Part shown: piece after piece, positions 1 through 11,151 of the stretch | How positions within the stretch are numbered: the stretch's first letter is position 1 | How the letters are laid out: every line of letters starts with the position of its first letter | Assembly: GCA_965246715.1 (NCBI GenBank) | Contig: CBDFFH010000002.1 | Coordinates: 96,001 to 160,000 of the forward strand | DNA: 64,000 bases | DNA from: Chamaesiphon sp. | GTDB lineage: Bacteria > Cyanobacteriota > Cyanobacteriia > Cyanobacteriales > Chamaesiphonaceae | Direction: 5' to 3' | Program-made: the position numbers and the translations under genes | The notes under the pieces: model-generated | The model's input: the letters and a program-made list of their open reading frames with translations, nothing else | The model's database searches: none | What the model was told of the DNA's origin: nothing

Positions 1-425
1 CACATCGCCATCTGGATCAAGATCGTATGACCGCACTTAATATGCCCTAATTCATGAGCTAATACTGTTTTGATTTCATCTTCAGTGAGGAGATCTAATA
101 ACCCCGTATTGACGACGATATATGGATGTTCTTGTCCCAATGCATAACTATTTACTTGCGGATTTTGACTGATAAATAATGCTGGTTCGGGATAGATATC
201 TAGATCCCGAACGCATTCCCGAAACATGCCGTAAATAGTCGCATATTGTCTGGGGCCTGCTTTGATGCTATTCCCCATTAGGTATACTAGTTGCGGGCGC
301 TCGTAGATAAATTCCACAAACTTACTCGCTACTAGATTGAAACCGGGAACGCTACGTAACGTCTGCTCCGCTTGTCGATCGAGTGGATGTTTGAAAGCTT
401 CGCTCGAAATACCTGGATAAGCCAT
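1..425 (-). CDS. M48-family Zn metallopeptidase (3' end outside window)
   Basis: Manual translation from ATG at 425: MAYPGISSEAFKHPLDRQAEQ...VLAHELGHIKCGH, with an HExxH motif. Not in the ORF track because it runs off the edge. Confidence 0.85.
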   Translation of the reverse strand, partial: MAYPGISSEAFKHPLDRQAEQTLRSVPGFNLVASKFVEFIYERPQLVYLMGNSIKAGPRQYATIYGMFRECVRDLDIYPEPALFISQNPQVNSYALGQEHPYIVVNTGLLDLLTEDEIKTVLAHELGHIKCGHTILIQMAM

Positions 426-686
426 AAAATTATGAATTATGAGTTATGAATTATGAATTAGCCAATGGGATAATCTAGATCGCTCGACATTTGCACCGAA
501 AATATTCTCATCGAGCGTTGGTTTCGCTGGTCATCTCTATTATACTAAGGTGCATCGCTTGGTGTCTGGCGATCGCGATCCTGGCTCGAATCTGACAATT
601 CTGCAAGCTGAGTGCGTTTTTCTCCGCGTTGGCGTAGCCGCTCCTGTGGAAAATCGATAATTTTAACTGCGGTGACATGGTTGCTG

Positions 687-1166
687 ATGGATGATATGAA
701 TCAGAATTTAATTGATAAGTTGCTCATCGATTTGAAAAGTAGCGATGAGAACATTCGCGAACGGGCAACCAGTCAACTATGGCGGATCTGGTTTTGGGAA
801 AAAGGCAAGCTCCCACTCGAACAGATTGAAGAGAGCGAGCGATTATTAGCTGAGGGCGATCCTGATGCTGCTGGGGCAATTTTAGATGAGTTAGTGGCTG
901 CTTTGCCAGATTTTGCGGAAGCTTGGAATCGGCGGGCGGTATTAGGATTTGTGATGCACAAATACGATCGCGCGATCGATGATTGTGAGATGGTGCTGAA
1001 ACTCAATCCCGTACATTTTGGCGCGCTTCATGGCTTAGGTTTATGTCATGCTGCATTGGGTAATTATTCCGCTGCAATTAGTGCCTTTAGGTCGGCATTA
1101 GCGATCCAGCCTCATGCGATCGAAAATCAACGGTTACTTTTAGAATGTACGGCTAGACTAAGCTAG
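687..1166 (+). CDS. TPR-repeat protein with N-terminal HEAT-like helix
   Basis: TPR patterns AEAWNRRA...AIDDCEMVLKLNPVHFGALHGLG. Start probably ATG 687 or 696. Confidence 0.85.
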   Translation: MDDMNQNLIDKLLIDLKSSDENIRERATSQLWRIWFWEKGKLPLEQIEESERLLAEGDPDAAGAILDELVAALPDFAEAWNRRAVLGFVMHKYDRAIDDCEMVLKLNPVHFGALHGLGLCHAALGNYSAAISAFRSALAIQPHAIENQRLLLECTARLS

Positions 1167-1180
1167 CAAATTGTCGGGAT

Positions 1181-3730
1181 TTGGTCTATTTACACACATT
1201 CACCAATCGATCGCTTATGCAGTTTGGAGTTCGGCACCTACTTAGATTATGTGTGCTGGGGATTGTTTTGGGATGGTTTTATCATTATGTAATTACCGAT
1301 AGTTTTACAGCTACTAGATTATCGATAATAGAAGATTTTTCAAGTAGTTATCGCGATCCGATCGCCTTAGTTAGCAATGATTTAGCGCCCAAAATCGATC
1401 TCAGTCCTGCAGACTTCAATTATAAATTTAACGGTGAGTGGATCGGGCGATTAATCCTACCCAGTCAAGCGCAGATCGAACAGTCATCACTTACCGATTG
1501 GGTGTGGGTTGAAATCGAACATGCCCCGACAAAAAATCGGCAGTTAATTGGTAAAACCGTCCGTCTTACCTGGCAACCGAATTCACAGATCGACAGCGAT
1601 GTACAGCAAGTTACTACCGATATTAAGTTTACTGCGAGGACGATCGCGAGTCAAAAGCAAGGCAATATTCACCCCCTCAGACTTAATGGGAGATCGCAGG
1701 TTGGGGCACTACAATCGCTAGCTGGTGCGAGACCGACAGATGATGTTTTGGTAAAATTAGCTGTGGTGGGGGTGACGGGACGAGAAGGGGATGCTGGGGA
1801 TAGTTTGACGATCTCGATCGATCGCGAGCCACTACAAATAACGGGCAAATTGAAGGGATTAGTTGAGATTCTCGGCACGGATACCAGTCGCCCAGAATCG
1901 CTGCCAACAGCTTGTCCTGGGGCCACACCCTGCCCGAGTGAATACTTTCGAGTCCGACATTACCATCCCAACTCCGATACCTTTGACGGGCAAATCGAGA
2001 CGATTCGGATTCCACAGCAACCAGCAAAACGATCGGGTTTATTTCCTAGTACGATTCGGGATTTAGCATTGTCGCCCGCCAGCAGTCGAGGCTGGTATAT
2101 TTATGGTCAGCGCGACTCACAAGGTTTATTTACCGTCGCTGCCATCCAACCGCGATCCTTATTCCAACTTTCACTCACACCCAATATTACCGAGCGCGAG
2201 GCAAAATTAGACTACCTCAATCGCCAACACTGGGAAAGTACGCCAGCTAAAAAGGGACGAATAGAGAGAGTTACATTCGATCGACAGCCAGCGAAATTGG
2301 GAGAGCGAGCGCTCCTGATTCACTCATTTGGCGGCATCGGTGGCAAAACGGGAGATAACCTCGGATTGACAGCGACTGTCACCGGACATTTTGCTTATGG
2401 CATCGCCACAGTCGTGCGGGATGAATTTACTGGCGAATTGCAATGGTCGATCGAGTATCACCAAGTGTACGCTCACAATCCCGATGGGATCGTCGCCGGG
2501 AGACAAGATTGGGCGACGTACATGGGGCATCTCCAGCGGGGCTGGTTGGCAACTCGCCCGGTTGCAGATCTACTGATTAGCGATCCACCCGTGACAGAGG
2601 ATTATGATTTTGGCGGGATTAAACTCTCTCCCCTGACGGAATTGCAGCGACAATTACAGATATCAGCGGCGCGGTATCGCACTGGCGATGGGACGGGCAA
2701 TGCCAGCGTCACTCCAGCAACATCTTGCGTGCAAGATGCGAATCAAGCCCTCTATGTCACCATCAGGCAGCTAAATCAGCAAGTTAAATCCCAGGCGCAG
2801 ATTAGATCGTGGCTCGATACCCATCCCCAGCATCCCCAAACGGTTAAATTTAGGGAGTTACAAGCTTTGGGAGCCGAGCTAGAAACAAACCTCGCACCAT
2901 TGGGCATCGTGCGTCAAGATTGGCAACAAAACGCAGCGAAATTAGCGGGAACTAATCTAGCAACAGGATTTACCAGTAGTGGCAATCCGATTTTGGGATT
3001 GATGAGTTGGCGGACGATGTTACCGCGCGGTGCCCAGGACGGGATGGCGAAGATCTTCAGCCAACGTGGAGCGGCAATTTGGTTTTTAAATACTTATCAG
3101 GTTGGCGGTTGGAATCCTGATATTTTTCCGATCGCACCGACAGTTCTCTTCGGTCAACTGCCGCTATTATCAACGCTCGTCATTAGGCTCTGGGCGGGAA
3201 TAGTAACATTCCCAAATATTAGTGGTTGGCTGGCCGTGTTTGGGTTGTTGATTAGTTATAGCTTAGTCGCATTAACGATCGGATTTAAATCTGGGTTCTT
3301 AACTTTCGATCGGCAATTTAGTAGGGGTTTTAGCCGATTCTCGATGGCAGCAACTAAACCAACGCTCGGTAAGAACATTCGATCGCTCGTACATCTCTTT
3401 TTTCTACCCGCGTTATTAGAAGAGATCTTGTTTAGACTGTTATTAATTCCTCACCCGATCGAGACTGCTATTTCTAGCGATATCTATCTCTGGTTGATGA
3501 TTTCATTAGGACTATTTATCATTTATCATCCCGTTAACGCTCTGACATTTTATCAGCCAGGTAATCCGACTTTTATGGATTGGCGATTTCTAACTTTAAC
3601 GGGCTTACTAGGAATAGTTTGTGCGATCGCTTATCTACTGACTGGCTCGATTTGGGCAGCGGTGCTAATCCACTGGATCGTGGTAGTGGTATGGCTAAAA
3701 GTGTTGGGTGGCGATCGATGGTTACACTAA
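1181..3730 (+). CDS. CPBP/Abi (CAAX-type) intramembrane protease with large soluble N-terminal region
   Basis: C-terminal TM bundle with EEILFR, FIIYH and IHW motifs. Start may be ATG 1217. Confidence 0.8.
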   Translation: MVYLHTFTNRSLMQFGVRHLLRLCVLGIVLGWFYHYVITDSFTATRLSIIEDFSSSYRDPIALVSNDLAPKIDLSPADFNYKFNGEWIGRLILPSQAQIEQSSLTDWVWVEIEHAPTKNRQLIGKTVRLTWQPNSQIDSDVQQVTTDIKFTARTIASQKQGNIHPLRLNGRSQVGALQSLAGARPTDDVLVKLAVVGVTGREGDAGDSLTISIDREPLQITGKLKGLVEILGTDTSRPESLPTACPGATPCPSEYFRVRHYHPNSDTFDGQIETIRIPQQPAKRSGLFPSTIRDLALSPASSRGWYIYGQRDSQGLFTVAAIQPRSLFQLSLTPNITEREAKLDYLNRQHWESTPAKKGRIERVTFDRQPAKLGERALLIHSFGGIGGKTGDNLGLTATVTGHFAYGIATVVRDEFTGELQWSIEYHQVYAHNPDGIVAGRQDWATYMGHLQRGWLATRPVADLLISDPPVTEDYDFGGIKLSPLTELQRQLQISAARYRTGDGTGNASVTPATSCVQDANQALYVTIRQLNQQVKSQAQIRSWLDTHPQHPQTVKFRELQALGAELETNLAPLGIVRQDWQQNAAKLAGTNLATGFTSSGNPILGLMSWRTMLPRGAQDGMAKIFSQRGAAIWFLNTYQVGGWNPDIFPIAPTVLFGQLPLLSTLVIRLWAGIVTFPNISGWLAVFGLLISYSLVALTIGFKSGFLTFDRQFSRGFSRFSMAATKPTLGKNIRSLVHLFFLPALLEEILFRLLLIPHPIETAISSDIYLWLMISLGLFIIYHPVNALTFYQPGNPTFMDWRFLTLTGLLGIVCAIAYLLTGSIWAAVLIHWIVVVVWLKVLGGDRWLH

Positions 3731-4038
3731 CCTCAGTTCAGGATAAGGAAAATTGATTTGCTCCGCTCTAGCACCGCCCTGAACTGGAAGTGTCTCGTTC
3801 CGAGAGGCTACGCCAACGGGCTAATAACTCAAGTTCTCTTCAGAGAACTGCCAGATCGATTAGTTCGTTTTAACGAACTTTTGCTATTAGCCCCTGCTTG
3901 GTGCAACACATGCGGAGGGAACCTCCGCGTGATTGCATCCGCAAATTCATTTGAGGGCGGTGCAGAAACGAAGCTAGGAGTCATCGATTCTCCAAGGAGA
4001 GGCTATCGCCAACGGAACTCCTTGTCCCGAACTTAGGT
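3730..4038. mobile_element. MITE-like element enclosing a multi-hairpin repeat
   Basis: Ends ACCTCAGTTCAGGATAAG ... CTTGTCCCGAACTTAGGT resemble the TIRs at 26897, 31321 and 50672. Interior matches repeats at 37323 and 57130. Confidence 0.6.
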
Positions 4039-4360
4039 ATAAGTACTAAAACTAGCCACTAGCCACTAATAATGCCCTTCACGAGGATGAGAACCGCTAG
4101 ATCTAACGCAAAATCTGCCGATCGAATGTCGGGATGGAATTTTAGTAAATTGTCACTATTGGCATATATACCTATCAACAGAGATTTTGCGAAATTAAAT
4201 TTGGTGTAGTTCAGCACAGACCGAACCGAAAGTACCCAAGTTATCAGATGATAAAGATTGTCTAGATCGATCGAGCCAAGGCGGTCATGGTGGAGATGCC
4301 AGTTAACCCCTAGTGGTAACGATAGGATCTATTTAAGATTGTTATTTTTTAGAGGTTATT

Positions 4361-5650
4361 GTGAAAAAAGTTTTAGCGATTATTTTAGGTGGTGGTGCGG
4401 GTACCAGGTTGTATCCCCTGACGAAACTGCGGGCAAAACCAGCTGTGCCGTTGGCAGGTAAATATCGGTTGATCGATATCCCCGTGAGCAACTGTATCAA
4501 CTCCGAAATTTTCAAAATCTATGTGCTGACACAATTTAACTCAGCCTCGCTCAATCGGCATTTATCCCGTGCCTACAATTTTTCTGGCTTCAGCGATGGC
4601 TTTGTCGAAGTGCTAGCCGCGCAACAAACCAAAGATAACCCCGACTGGTTTCAGGGTACAGCTGATGCGGTGCGGCAGTATCTGTCGGTAATCGAAGAGT
4701 GGGATGTTGAAGAAGTCGTGATTCTGTCTGGCGATCATCTCTATCGGATGGATTATCGGTTGTTTGTCGAACGCCACCGCGAAACTAATGCCGATATTAC
4801 ACTGTCCGTAGTCCCGATCGGCGAGAAAAATGCTTCCGAATTTGGGCTGATGAAAGTCGATGCGACCGGACGAGTCGTAGAATTCAGTGAGAAGCCCAAA
4901 GGTGAGGCGCTGACGAACATGCGTGTCGATACCACCAAACTAGGTCTCAATGCCGAACAAGCAGCTCAGAAGCCCTATATTGCCTCGATGGGGATTTATG
5001 TCTTCAAGAAGCAAGTACTGATCGATTTACTCAAAAAGTCGTTAGAGCAGACCGATTTTGGTAAAGAAATTATTCCTGGTGCCTCTGCTACTCACAATAT
5101 TCAAGCCTTCCTCTTCGATGACTACTGGGAAGATATCGGAACGATCGAGTCGTTCTATGATGCTAACTTAGCACTCACCCAGCAACCGACTCCACCATTT
5201 AGTTTCTACGACGAGCAAGCACCGATTTACACGCGTTCGCGCTATCTCCCACCCACCAAATTATTAGATTCCCACGTTACCGAATCGATGATCGGGGAAG
5301 GCTGTATCATCAAAAAATGTCGGATTCACCACTCAGTCTTGGGCGTGCGATCGCGAATTATGGATGGTTGTACGATCGAAGATTCCCTAATCATGGGTTC
5401 TGACTTTTACGAACCCGCTCCCGAACGCAAAACTCAAGCAGAGAACGGTGGTATCCCGATCGGGATTGGGGAAAATTGCACGATTCGCCGCGCTATTATC
5501 GACAAGAATGCCCGGATCGGTTCTAATGTGATGATTATCAATAAAGATGGGGTCGATGAAGCCCAACAAGAAGATCGCGGTTTCTACATCCGCAGTGGGA
5601 TTGTAGTAGTACTTAAAAATGCAACTATTCCCAACGGAACGGTTATTTAG
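4361..5650 (+). CDS. glgC: Glucose-1-phosphate adenylyltransferase (ADP-glucose pyrophosphorylase)
   Basis: [34 protein letters not shown]-terminal beta-helix. Confidence 0.98.
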   Translation: MKKVLAIILGGGAGTRLYPLTKLRAKPAVPLAGKYRLIDIPVSNCINSEIFKIYVLTQFNSASLNRHLSRAYNFSGFSDGFVEVLAAQQTKDNPDWFQGTADAVRQYLSVIEEWDVEEVVILSGDHLYRMDYRLFVERHRETNADITLSVVPIGEKNASEFGLMKVDATGRVVEFSEKPKGEALTNMRVDTTKLGLNAEQAAQKPYIASMGIYVFKKQVLIDLLKKSLEQTDFGKEIIPGASATHNIQAFLFDDYWEDIGTIESFYDANLALTQQPTPPFSFYDEQAPIYTRSRYLPPTKLLDSHVTESMIGEGCIIKKCRIHHSVLGVRSRIMDGCTIEDSLIMGSDFYEPAPERKTQAENGGIPIGIGENCTIRRAIIDKNARIGSNVMIINKDGVDEAQQEDRGFYIRSGIVVVLKNATIPNGTVI

Positions 5651-5704
5651 ATTATCGATCTAATCAGTCGAGCGTGGGAGATAAGCAAGCTTATCTCCCA
5701 CTTA

Positions 5705-6160
5705 TTAAATACCTTGTGGGGATTGTTTGAAGTGTGATTCTAGTTCTTGAATCGCACTCAGAATCCGATCGAATAATCGATCGGTGCCACTTACGAGTTT
5801 GGCAGCACTGTAGTACAGCATTGCATTAAAACCACCAGTATCGCCAGACATCCGAAAGTCCGTTCTCACTGCGACGATCGGGATCTCGCGACTGGCCGCA
5901 TAGCCGCATTCCCAACAAGTACCACTATCCGCATCCGCTCCGTCCAAAATTGCCACGACGATTGCTGCCGCGCGGAGTCCTGCTAAACAAGTTTTATAGA
6001 TATCTTCACCTTCCCGCCCCACGCATTCCTGTTGGGGTAAAAAGACCCGATAGCCACTCGCACTCAGTCGCTCGGCTAAACTTAGATTAAAGTCTTTTTC
6101 ACCTTGGGTAAATAACGGGCCAGCTAAGTAAATGTGAGTTGGGTGCGATCGGGATTGCAT
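5705..6160 (-). CDS. Nucleoside 2-deoxyribosyltransferase family protein
   Basis: IYLAGPLF, DSGTCWECGYA and FNAML motifs. Confidence 0.85.
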   Translation of the reverse strand: MQSRSHPTHIYLAGPLFTQGEKDFNLSLAERLSASGYRVFLPQQECVGREGEDIYKTCLAGLRAAAIVVAILDGADADSGTCWECGYAASREIPIVAVRTDFRMSGDTGGFNAMLYYSAAKLVSGTDRLFDRILSAIQELESHFKQSPQGI

Positions 6161-6321
6161 ATTTATTTGTACCTATCGATCGAGATTTTGCAGAGTTTTT
6201 GCTTTGCCATAGTCTATCCCGATCGATCTCTCTCGCCGTTGTCATGCGCTCGCGATTCGATCGGGTGAGTGCATGTTTAATTCGATAATTAGCTTAGCTC
6301 TCTCTTGCCTGAGCAAGCATA

Positions 6322-7515
6322 TTACACTTGTGAGAGTAACTTAACTAATGGCTGTGTCAACCAATTAAATCCGACCTTAAGCTGATGCTCTAAAGTTGGC
6401 AGGCGATAGAGGTAAGTCAATCGCCGAGCGAGATAAGCCAACGGGCCATCTAACTGGATGCCCAAACCAGACAGCACGGCATTATCGCTACCCAATGTCA
6501 TCATTTCGCCGAGATTGGTATAGTTGAATGGCAACAACGGTCGATCGGTTAGCGACGACCAAATATTCCAAGCGACAAAATCAGACTGTTGGAACGCAAC
6601 CTGAGCGTTAGTGGGAATAGATTTACCTTCAGGATCGATAATGGCAGCAGCATCTCCGAGCGCAAAGATATCAGGATTGTCTTTGACTTGGAGCATTGCG
6701 GAGATTGAAATCTTGCCTTGCTCGTTCAGCGGTAGCTCGAAGCCGTTAATCGCTGGACTTACCTGATTGCCCACCGTCCACATCACGATTTCCGCAGGAA
6801 TGACATCGGTTTGACCTTTGTAAATTAGCCCGATCGAGCTAGCCGTAACTTCCGAAACGGTCGTTTCGAGGTCTACCCAAACTCCGCGCTGTTCTAGCGC
6901 CTTGAGGGCAGCATTACGGTTAAATTCTGGGGCATTTGGCAAGATCGTATCGCGCGATTGGATCAGGCGAATGCGACCGCGATCTTTGAGCCTGTCGGCA
7001 AGTTTACAAGCTAGTTCGACACCGCTATAACCAGCACCGACGATCGCGACACGAATCCGTTCTGGGGACGACTCTTCTAATAACCGGAGCTTGGCATCTA
7101 ATTTATGAGCATCTTGAAGATTGCGGAATGCAATCGCATGTTCGGTAACTCCAGGAACACTTTCAGAGGGCGTTTCACACCCTAATGCGAGTACCAATCG
7201 ATCGTAGGCGATCGCTGTCTCATCTTGTAAAATGACGTGTTTATTCGATCGATCCACCTTATCGACCGATCCTTGGACGAAGCGAATCCCGGTACCCTTC
7301 AATAATTCACCATACGGTGGGGCGATTTCCCAAGTTTGCAATTCACCCGTGACGAGTTCGTAGAGCAGGGGGGTGAACAAAAAATTGGGCTGACGATCGA
7401 TCAAGGTAATTTCGGGTTCGTTGCCATGTTCCCAAGCAAGTTGATGCAACCGGAGGGCCGTATACAAACCCCCAAATCCCCCACCGAGGATACAGATACG
7501 CGGTACTGAAGTCAT
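6322..7515 (-). CDS. ndbB: Type II NAD(P)H dehydrogenase, NdbB/NDC1 type (demethylphylloquinone reductase)
   Basis: ILGGGFGGLYTALRL, GAGYSGVELA, AQVAFQQSDFVAWNIW; resembles cyanobacterial NdbB throughout. Confidence 0.85.
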   Translation of the reverse strand: MTSVPRICILGGGFGGLYTALRLHQLAWEHGNEPEITLIDRQPNFLFTPLLYELVTGELQTWEIAPPYGELLKGTGIRFVQGSVDKVDRSNKHVILQDETAIAYDRLVLALGCETPSESVPGVTEHAIAFRNLQDAHKLDAKLRLLEESSPERIRVAIVGAGYSGVELACKLADRLKDRGRIRLIQSRDTILPNAPEFNRNAALKALEQRGVWVDLETTVSEVTASSIGLIYKGQTDVIPAEIVMWTVGNQVSPAINGFELPLNEQGKISISAMLQVKDNPDIFALGDAAAIIDPEGKSIPTNAQVAFQQSDFVAWNIWSSLTDRPLLPFNYTNLGEMMTLGSDNAVLSGLGIQLDGPLAYLARRLTYLYRLPTLEHQLKVGFNWLTQPLVKLLSQV

Positions 7516-7621
7516 AAGTAAATGGTGTTTGGCGATCGGCGATGAGCTACTTTATTTACTGTAACAATTCTGCGTCGGCTCTGCTGTCGCGACAACCGAT
7601 ATCCCGATCGTCTGGGCACCG

Positions 7622-8605
7622 CTACTTGAGGCTTTTTAGATAAGCAGTATGTACCTCTTGGACGCTATATTGATTGAGAAAAATTCTGGCAAATTGTTCG
7701 GCTAATTGCGGCTTTTTACGATCGATCGTCCATTGCAACAGGGGTTTCATCGTCCGCTCGTTGAGCAAACCGCCGAGCGATAAAATATTCCACAAAATTC
7801 GGTGAAATACAGTCATTTGAATCATGATTTTGACATCGAGCGTTGGATGCTTCTGATAGAAAATTACGCCCATTTGCCCGCGTTCGATTTCTTGCTGGAT
7901 CAACCGGGGAATGCGATCGAGTGTAAAAGCTGGATGCCAATGATAACCCACGGCCTCTGGACATTTAACCATCTTAATTCCCCGATTTTTCAGCCTTACA
8001 CCCAATTCTAAATCTTCCCAACCATACAAATTAAAGTCCATGTCAAACAAACCGACTTCCATCAGCCAATGTCTCGAAATTGCGACATTAGTAGTGGCAA
8101 AATAAGCATTAGAAAAGTCGATAATTTTATACTTCTCACTAGTAGGATCTTCAAAATTTGCGGTATTAATTACTGCGCCATAAGTGAAAATTTTGTCATC
8201 ACCTGCTGCTTGTTGCGCCTGAAGGAGCGCATCTGTATGACATTGCAGGAAGGTTGGGAGGACGACAATATCGCTATCGATGAAAATAATGATGTCGCCT
8301 TTTGCCTGTTCTACGCCCAGATTCCGCGCTGCAGAGGCTCCTTTGTGAGCTTGCTCGTAGATTTTTACATGGGGCAATTCGGCAGTATTATTTTTTAACC
8401 AGTCGATCGTCCCATCAGTCGAACCGTCATCGACGACGATCGTTTCATACCCAGTCACAGTTTGAGGGTCGAAAGTTTGAATTTCTAATGCGCTCAGACA
8501 TTTCTGGAGAATCGGAAGTCGGTTGTACGTAGGAATGACGATGCTAAAAAACACTGATCTTACCCTCAAGGATCGAGATTGCTTAGGATGGAGCGATGGC
8601 GACAC
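7622..8605 (-). CDS. GT2 glycosyltransferase
   Basis: SIVIPTYNR, VVDDGSTDGT, FIDSD, GWEDLELG. Confidence 0.92.
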   Translation of the reverse strand: MSPSLHPKQSRSLRVRSVFFSIVIPTYNRLPILQKCLSALEIQTFDPQTVTGYETIVVDDGSTDGTIDWLKNNTAELPHVKIYEQAHKGASAARNLGVEQAKGDIIIFIDSDIVVLPTFLQCHTDALLQAQQAAGDDKIFTYGAVINTANFEDPTSEKYKIIDFSNAYFATTNVAISRHWLMEVGLFDMDFNLYGWEDLELGVRLKNRGIKMVKCPEAVGYHWHPAFTLDRIPRLIQQEIERGQMGVIFYQKHPTLDVKIMIQMTVFHRILWNILSLGGLLNERTMKPLLQWTIDRKKPQLAEQFARIFLNQYSVQEVHTAYLKSLK

Positions 8606-8714
8606 GCGCGATCGTCTTACACTAGTTTATGACACGATCGCGACTTCCAGAGTTTCCGGAATCGAACGCGCGATCGGTGTATCTAGCTAGAAGATCTTAC
8701 AGCGAGGATGGCAG

Positions 8715-9035
8715 ATGGTATCGAGACGCATGGAACGGTTGGGGGGAGTATTTATTGCCACTCTCAGCGCGATCTTAACGATCTGGAATTGGCATCTGGC
8801 ACTCTCGGAAGGTCATTTTTATCTCAAAGCTGCACTAATCGGGCCAGCATTTACGATGATCGGCTTGGGTTTAATCTTATTTCCTGGCTATCGCACCGAA
8901 CGGATCGAGCGCGGCGAAGATATCACTCAATTGACGGGGATTGGCCTACTCACACCCCGCTGGTGGGGGATTTTGGCAATCTCGCTCGGTAGTGGGTTAG
9001 TTAATTTAGGTACATTAAAAGGCTGGCAGTTGTAA
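8715..9035 (+). CDS. Small hypothetical membrane protein
   Basis: 106 aa, three hydrophobic segments. Confidence 0.65.
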   Translation: MVSRRMERLGGVFIATLSAILTIWNWHLALSEGHFYLKAALIGPAFTMIGLGLILFPGYRTERIERGEDITQLTGIGLLTPRWWGILAISLGSGLVNLGTLKGWQL

Positions 9036-9119
9036 TTATATTCTCATTAAGATTTTCGGACTTGTTGACTTCAGTAGTTAGCTGAGGTAATTTAGGCTTA
9101 TTGGGTTCAAAACAAAAAT

Positions 9120-9395
9120 ATGACCACAATTGCTCCTCAATCAGTCACTACCGAGCAAGATCCTCGCCCAGAGAAAATGCGAGTAATTGCATACAACATG
9201 GATTTGTTATTCCCTGGATTATATATCTGGCTCGGATCTTTAGTACTAAAGTTTGGCGGACACGAGCCTGATGATGCTCCTTATCGATACCCTGGCACGA
9301 TCGATAGTAATTATGGATTTGCGATCGTTTTTCCTGGCTATAAAATCTTAACGACCTACAAGGGTTCGTATGACCCTAGACAAACATCAGATTGA
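9120..9395 (+). CDS. Hypothetical protein
   Basis: 91-aa ORF overlapping the start of the next ORF. Confidence 0.55.
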   Translation: MTTIAPQSVTTEQDPRPEKMRVIAYNMDLLFPGLYIWLGSLVLKFGGHEPDDAPYRYPGTIDSNYGFAIVFPGYKILTTYKGSYDPRQTSD

Positions 9396-9600
9396 TGGCG
9401 TATCTGAATTTTCAAGCAAGACGCTACCTGCGGAAGAATTTGAAGCTAGATTAATTGATGCAGGATATTCCAAAGCTGGATCTGCACCAGCACAAGGAGG
9501 TAGGGTAAAAATCTGGTGGACGCATGCCGAATATCAACGCGTAGAATCTATTTACAGTGGTGACAAACAAACTGTAATTACTGCGTATCATGTTTCCTGA
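9370..9600 (+). CDS. Hypothetical protein
   Basis: 76 aa, ends VITAYHV, coupled to the previous ORF. Confidence 0.55.
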   Translation: MTLDKHQIDGVSEFSSKTLPAEEFEARLIDAGYSKAGSAPAQGGRVKIWWTHAEYQRVESIYSGDKQTVITAYHVS

Positions 9601-9641
9601 ATTTTATTAATTTCGCTCTTTGTCGATCGAGACTTCCCCAG

Positions 9642-10004
9642 CTATACTCGATCGTCTAGCAGATCGTCGAAGCAACTCAGGGGTACTTGCCAGAGATATT
9701 GTTTCAGGTCGATTTTACCGCGATCGTTAAATGAGATCCCCTCCTGTTCTAGCAGATTTCGCTGCACGTAGTCTCCGCCTTCTCTGGCTGTTGAATAAGA
9801 TATTTCACCTTTAGCATTAACAACTCTTTGCCAGGGAATATTAGAAGTAGGCTCGACTTGAAACATAGCATAACCCACCAACCTCGCTTTACCATACAAT
9901 CCAGCTAGCTCGGCAATTTGGCCGTAGGTTGCAACCTTCCCAACGGGAACCTGCCGCACGACTAGATAAATTTTGTGATATGCAGATTGGGATTTTTCAG
10001 CCAT
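9642..10004 (-). CDS. Alkyltransferase-like protein (MGMT/Atl1-YbaZ family)
   Basis: VATYGQIAELAG...ARLVG; PWQRV in place of the catalytic PCHRV. Confidence 0.88.
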   Translation of the reverse strand: MAEKSQSAYHKIYLVVRQVPVGKVATYGQIAELAGLYGKARLVGYAMFQVEPTSNIPWQRVVNAKGEISYSTAREGGDYVQRNLLEQEGISFNDRGKIDLKQYLWQVPLSCFDDLLDDRV

Positions 10005-10018
10005 ACAATTAGATTAGA

Positions 10019-10498
10019 TTAGATTGACGTTAACATCGCAATTGATTCCTCAACATCCAAATCGAGATCGCTAAAATGAGCTTTTAAATCGCCATAGATA
10101 ATATTATTGTAATCTATGCCAACGAACCAGCAAGGATCTATCCCAATTTTCATAGACAAGGTTTCATGTCTGTCTTGTTCTGATGGGAAAAAATTAGAAT
10201 CGATTAAATATTCAATACCAAACCTATAATAATTATCATAATGTGAGATTGTAACTGGTGAAATTGGGTTGCTCAATATATTGAAAATCTGTCGCCAGTT
10301 AGTTTGACACTCAAACATTTCAACTATTTTTTTAGCTCGATCGACGTTATCAACAACAATATTAGAGTAATGATTCCCCATTGGTTGAGACAGGTAACTA
10401 GACAGATGTTGTAAAAAGTAGTTATAGAGCTTCGATCGCGAGAGCTGGATTAGATTTTGATGTCCCAAAACAATAAGATTCATCTGATTCGATCGCAA
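10019..10498 (-). CDS. Hypothetical protein
   Basis: AT-rich 159-aa ORF, closely spaced with co-oriented neighbours. Confidence 0.55.
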   Translation of the reverse strand: MRSNQMNLIVLGHQNLIQLSRSKLYNYFLQHLSSYLSQPMGNHYSNIVVDNVDRAKKIVEMFECQTNWRQIFNILSNPISPVTISHYDNYYRFGIEYLIDSNFFPSEQDRHETLSMKIGIDPCWFVGIDYNNIIYGDLKAHFSDLDLDVEESIAMLTSI

Positions 10499-10513
10499 CT
10501 TTCCCGGTCGAGT

Positions 10514-11029
10514 TCACTCTAGAGATTTGCGAGCTAATGTGTTACAATCCAATCCATTAATAATCTCCAGCCGATCGGTTTCAAATTTTAAGGCAATACC
10601 TGACAATATTCCAGTTCCCATTGCTAGCAAAGATTGAGTGTCTCGATCGATTCCAGATTCGATAATCGCTATTTCCGTAATTATTTTGCCAACCAGATTG
10701 TCGAATTCAGGATTTCTTTGGCTGACCCATCGCAATGGCACGACATCAGGGTCTTCCACTCCACACCAATAAACTGGCCGATTTAGATCGATCGAGTTTA
10801 GAGAAAATGAGAATTTATCTAGCTTGGTAGCGCAAAATTCCAGTTGCTGTTCCTGAGTGCAGATAACGATTGGTGCATCATTAAACCATTCATCATCTTC
10901 CTCATCCCACAAACTCCAAATCGATCGAATTTGCATATTTGTTGTCGAGATTTGCCGCATTGAGGAAGACAACTCTGCTACAGAATTACTCCACTGCGGT
11001 TGATAATTATGAATTCCCCATTTACCCAT
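10514..11029 (-). CDS. Hypothetical protein
   Basis: 171-aa ORF with acidic/Trp patch WDEEDDEWFNDAP. Confidence 0.6.
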   Translation of the reverse strand: MGKWGIHNYQPQWSNSVAELSSSMRQISTTNMQIRSIWSLWDEEDDEWFNDAPIVICTQEQQLEFCATKLDKFSFSLNSIDLNRPVYWCGVEDPDVVPLRWVSQRNPEFDNLVGKIITEIAIIESGIDRDTQSLLAMGTGILSGIALKFETDRLEIINGLDCNTLARKSLE

Positions 11030-11095
11030 ACGTGTCTCTCACTCTGAAATATGCCTAATTCTTCAAATTTTAGCTCCAAAGCTCGCATTAGCAAA

Positions 11096-11130
11096 CAGAA
11101 CCCCGACTTTTCTAAAAAGTCGGGGTTCTG
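11096..11130. terminator. Hairpin after infB (repeat family CCCGACTT...AAGTCGGG)
   Basis: CAGAACCCCGACTTTT-CT-AAAAAGTCGGGGTTCTG; related hairpins near 18114 and 19544. Confidence 0.65.
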
Positions 11131-11151
11131 CCACATCGTAATTACGATTAC

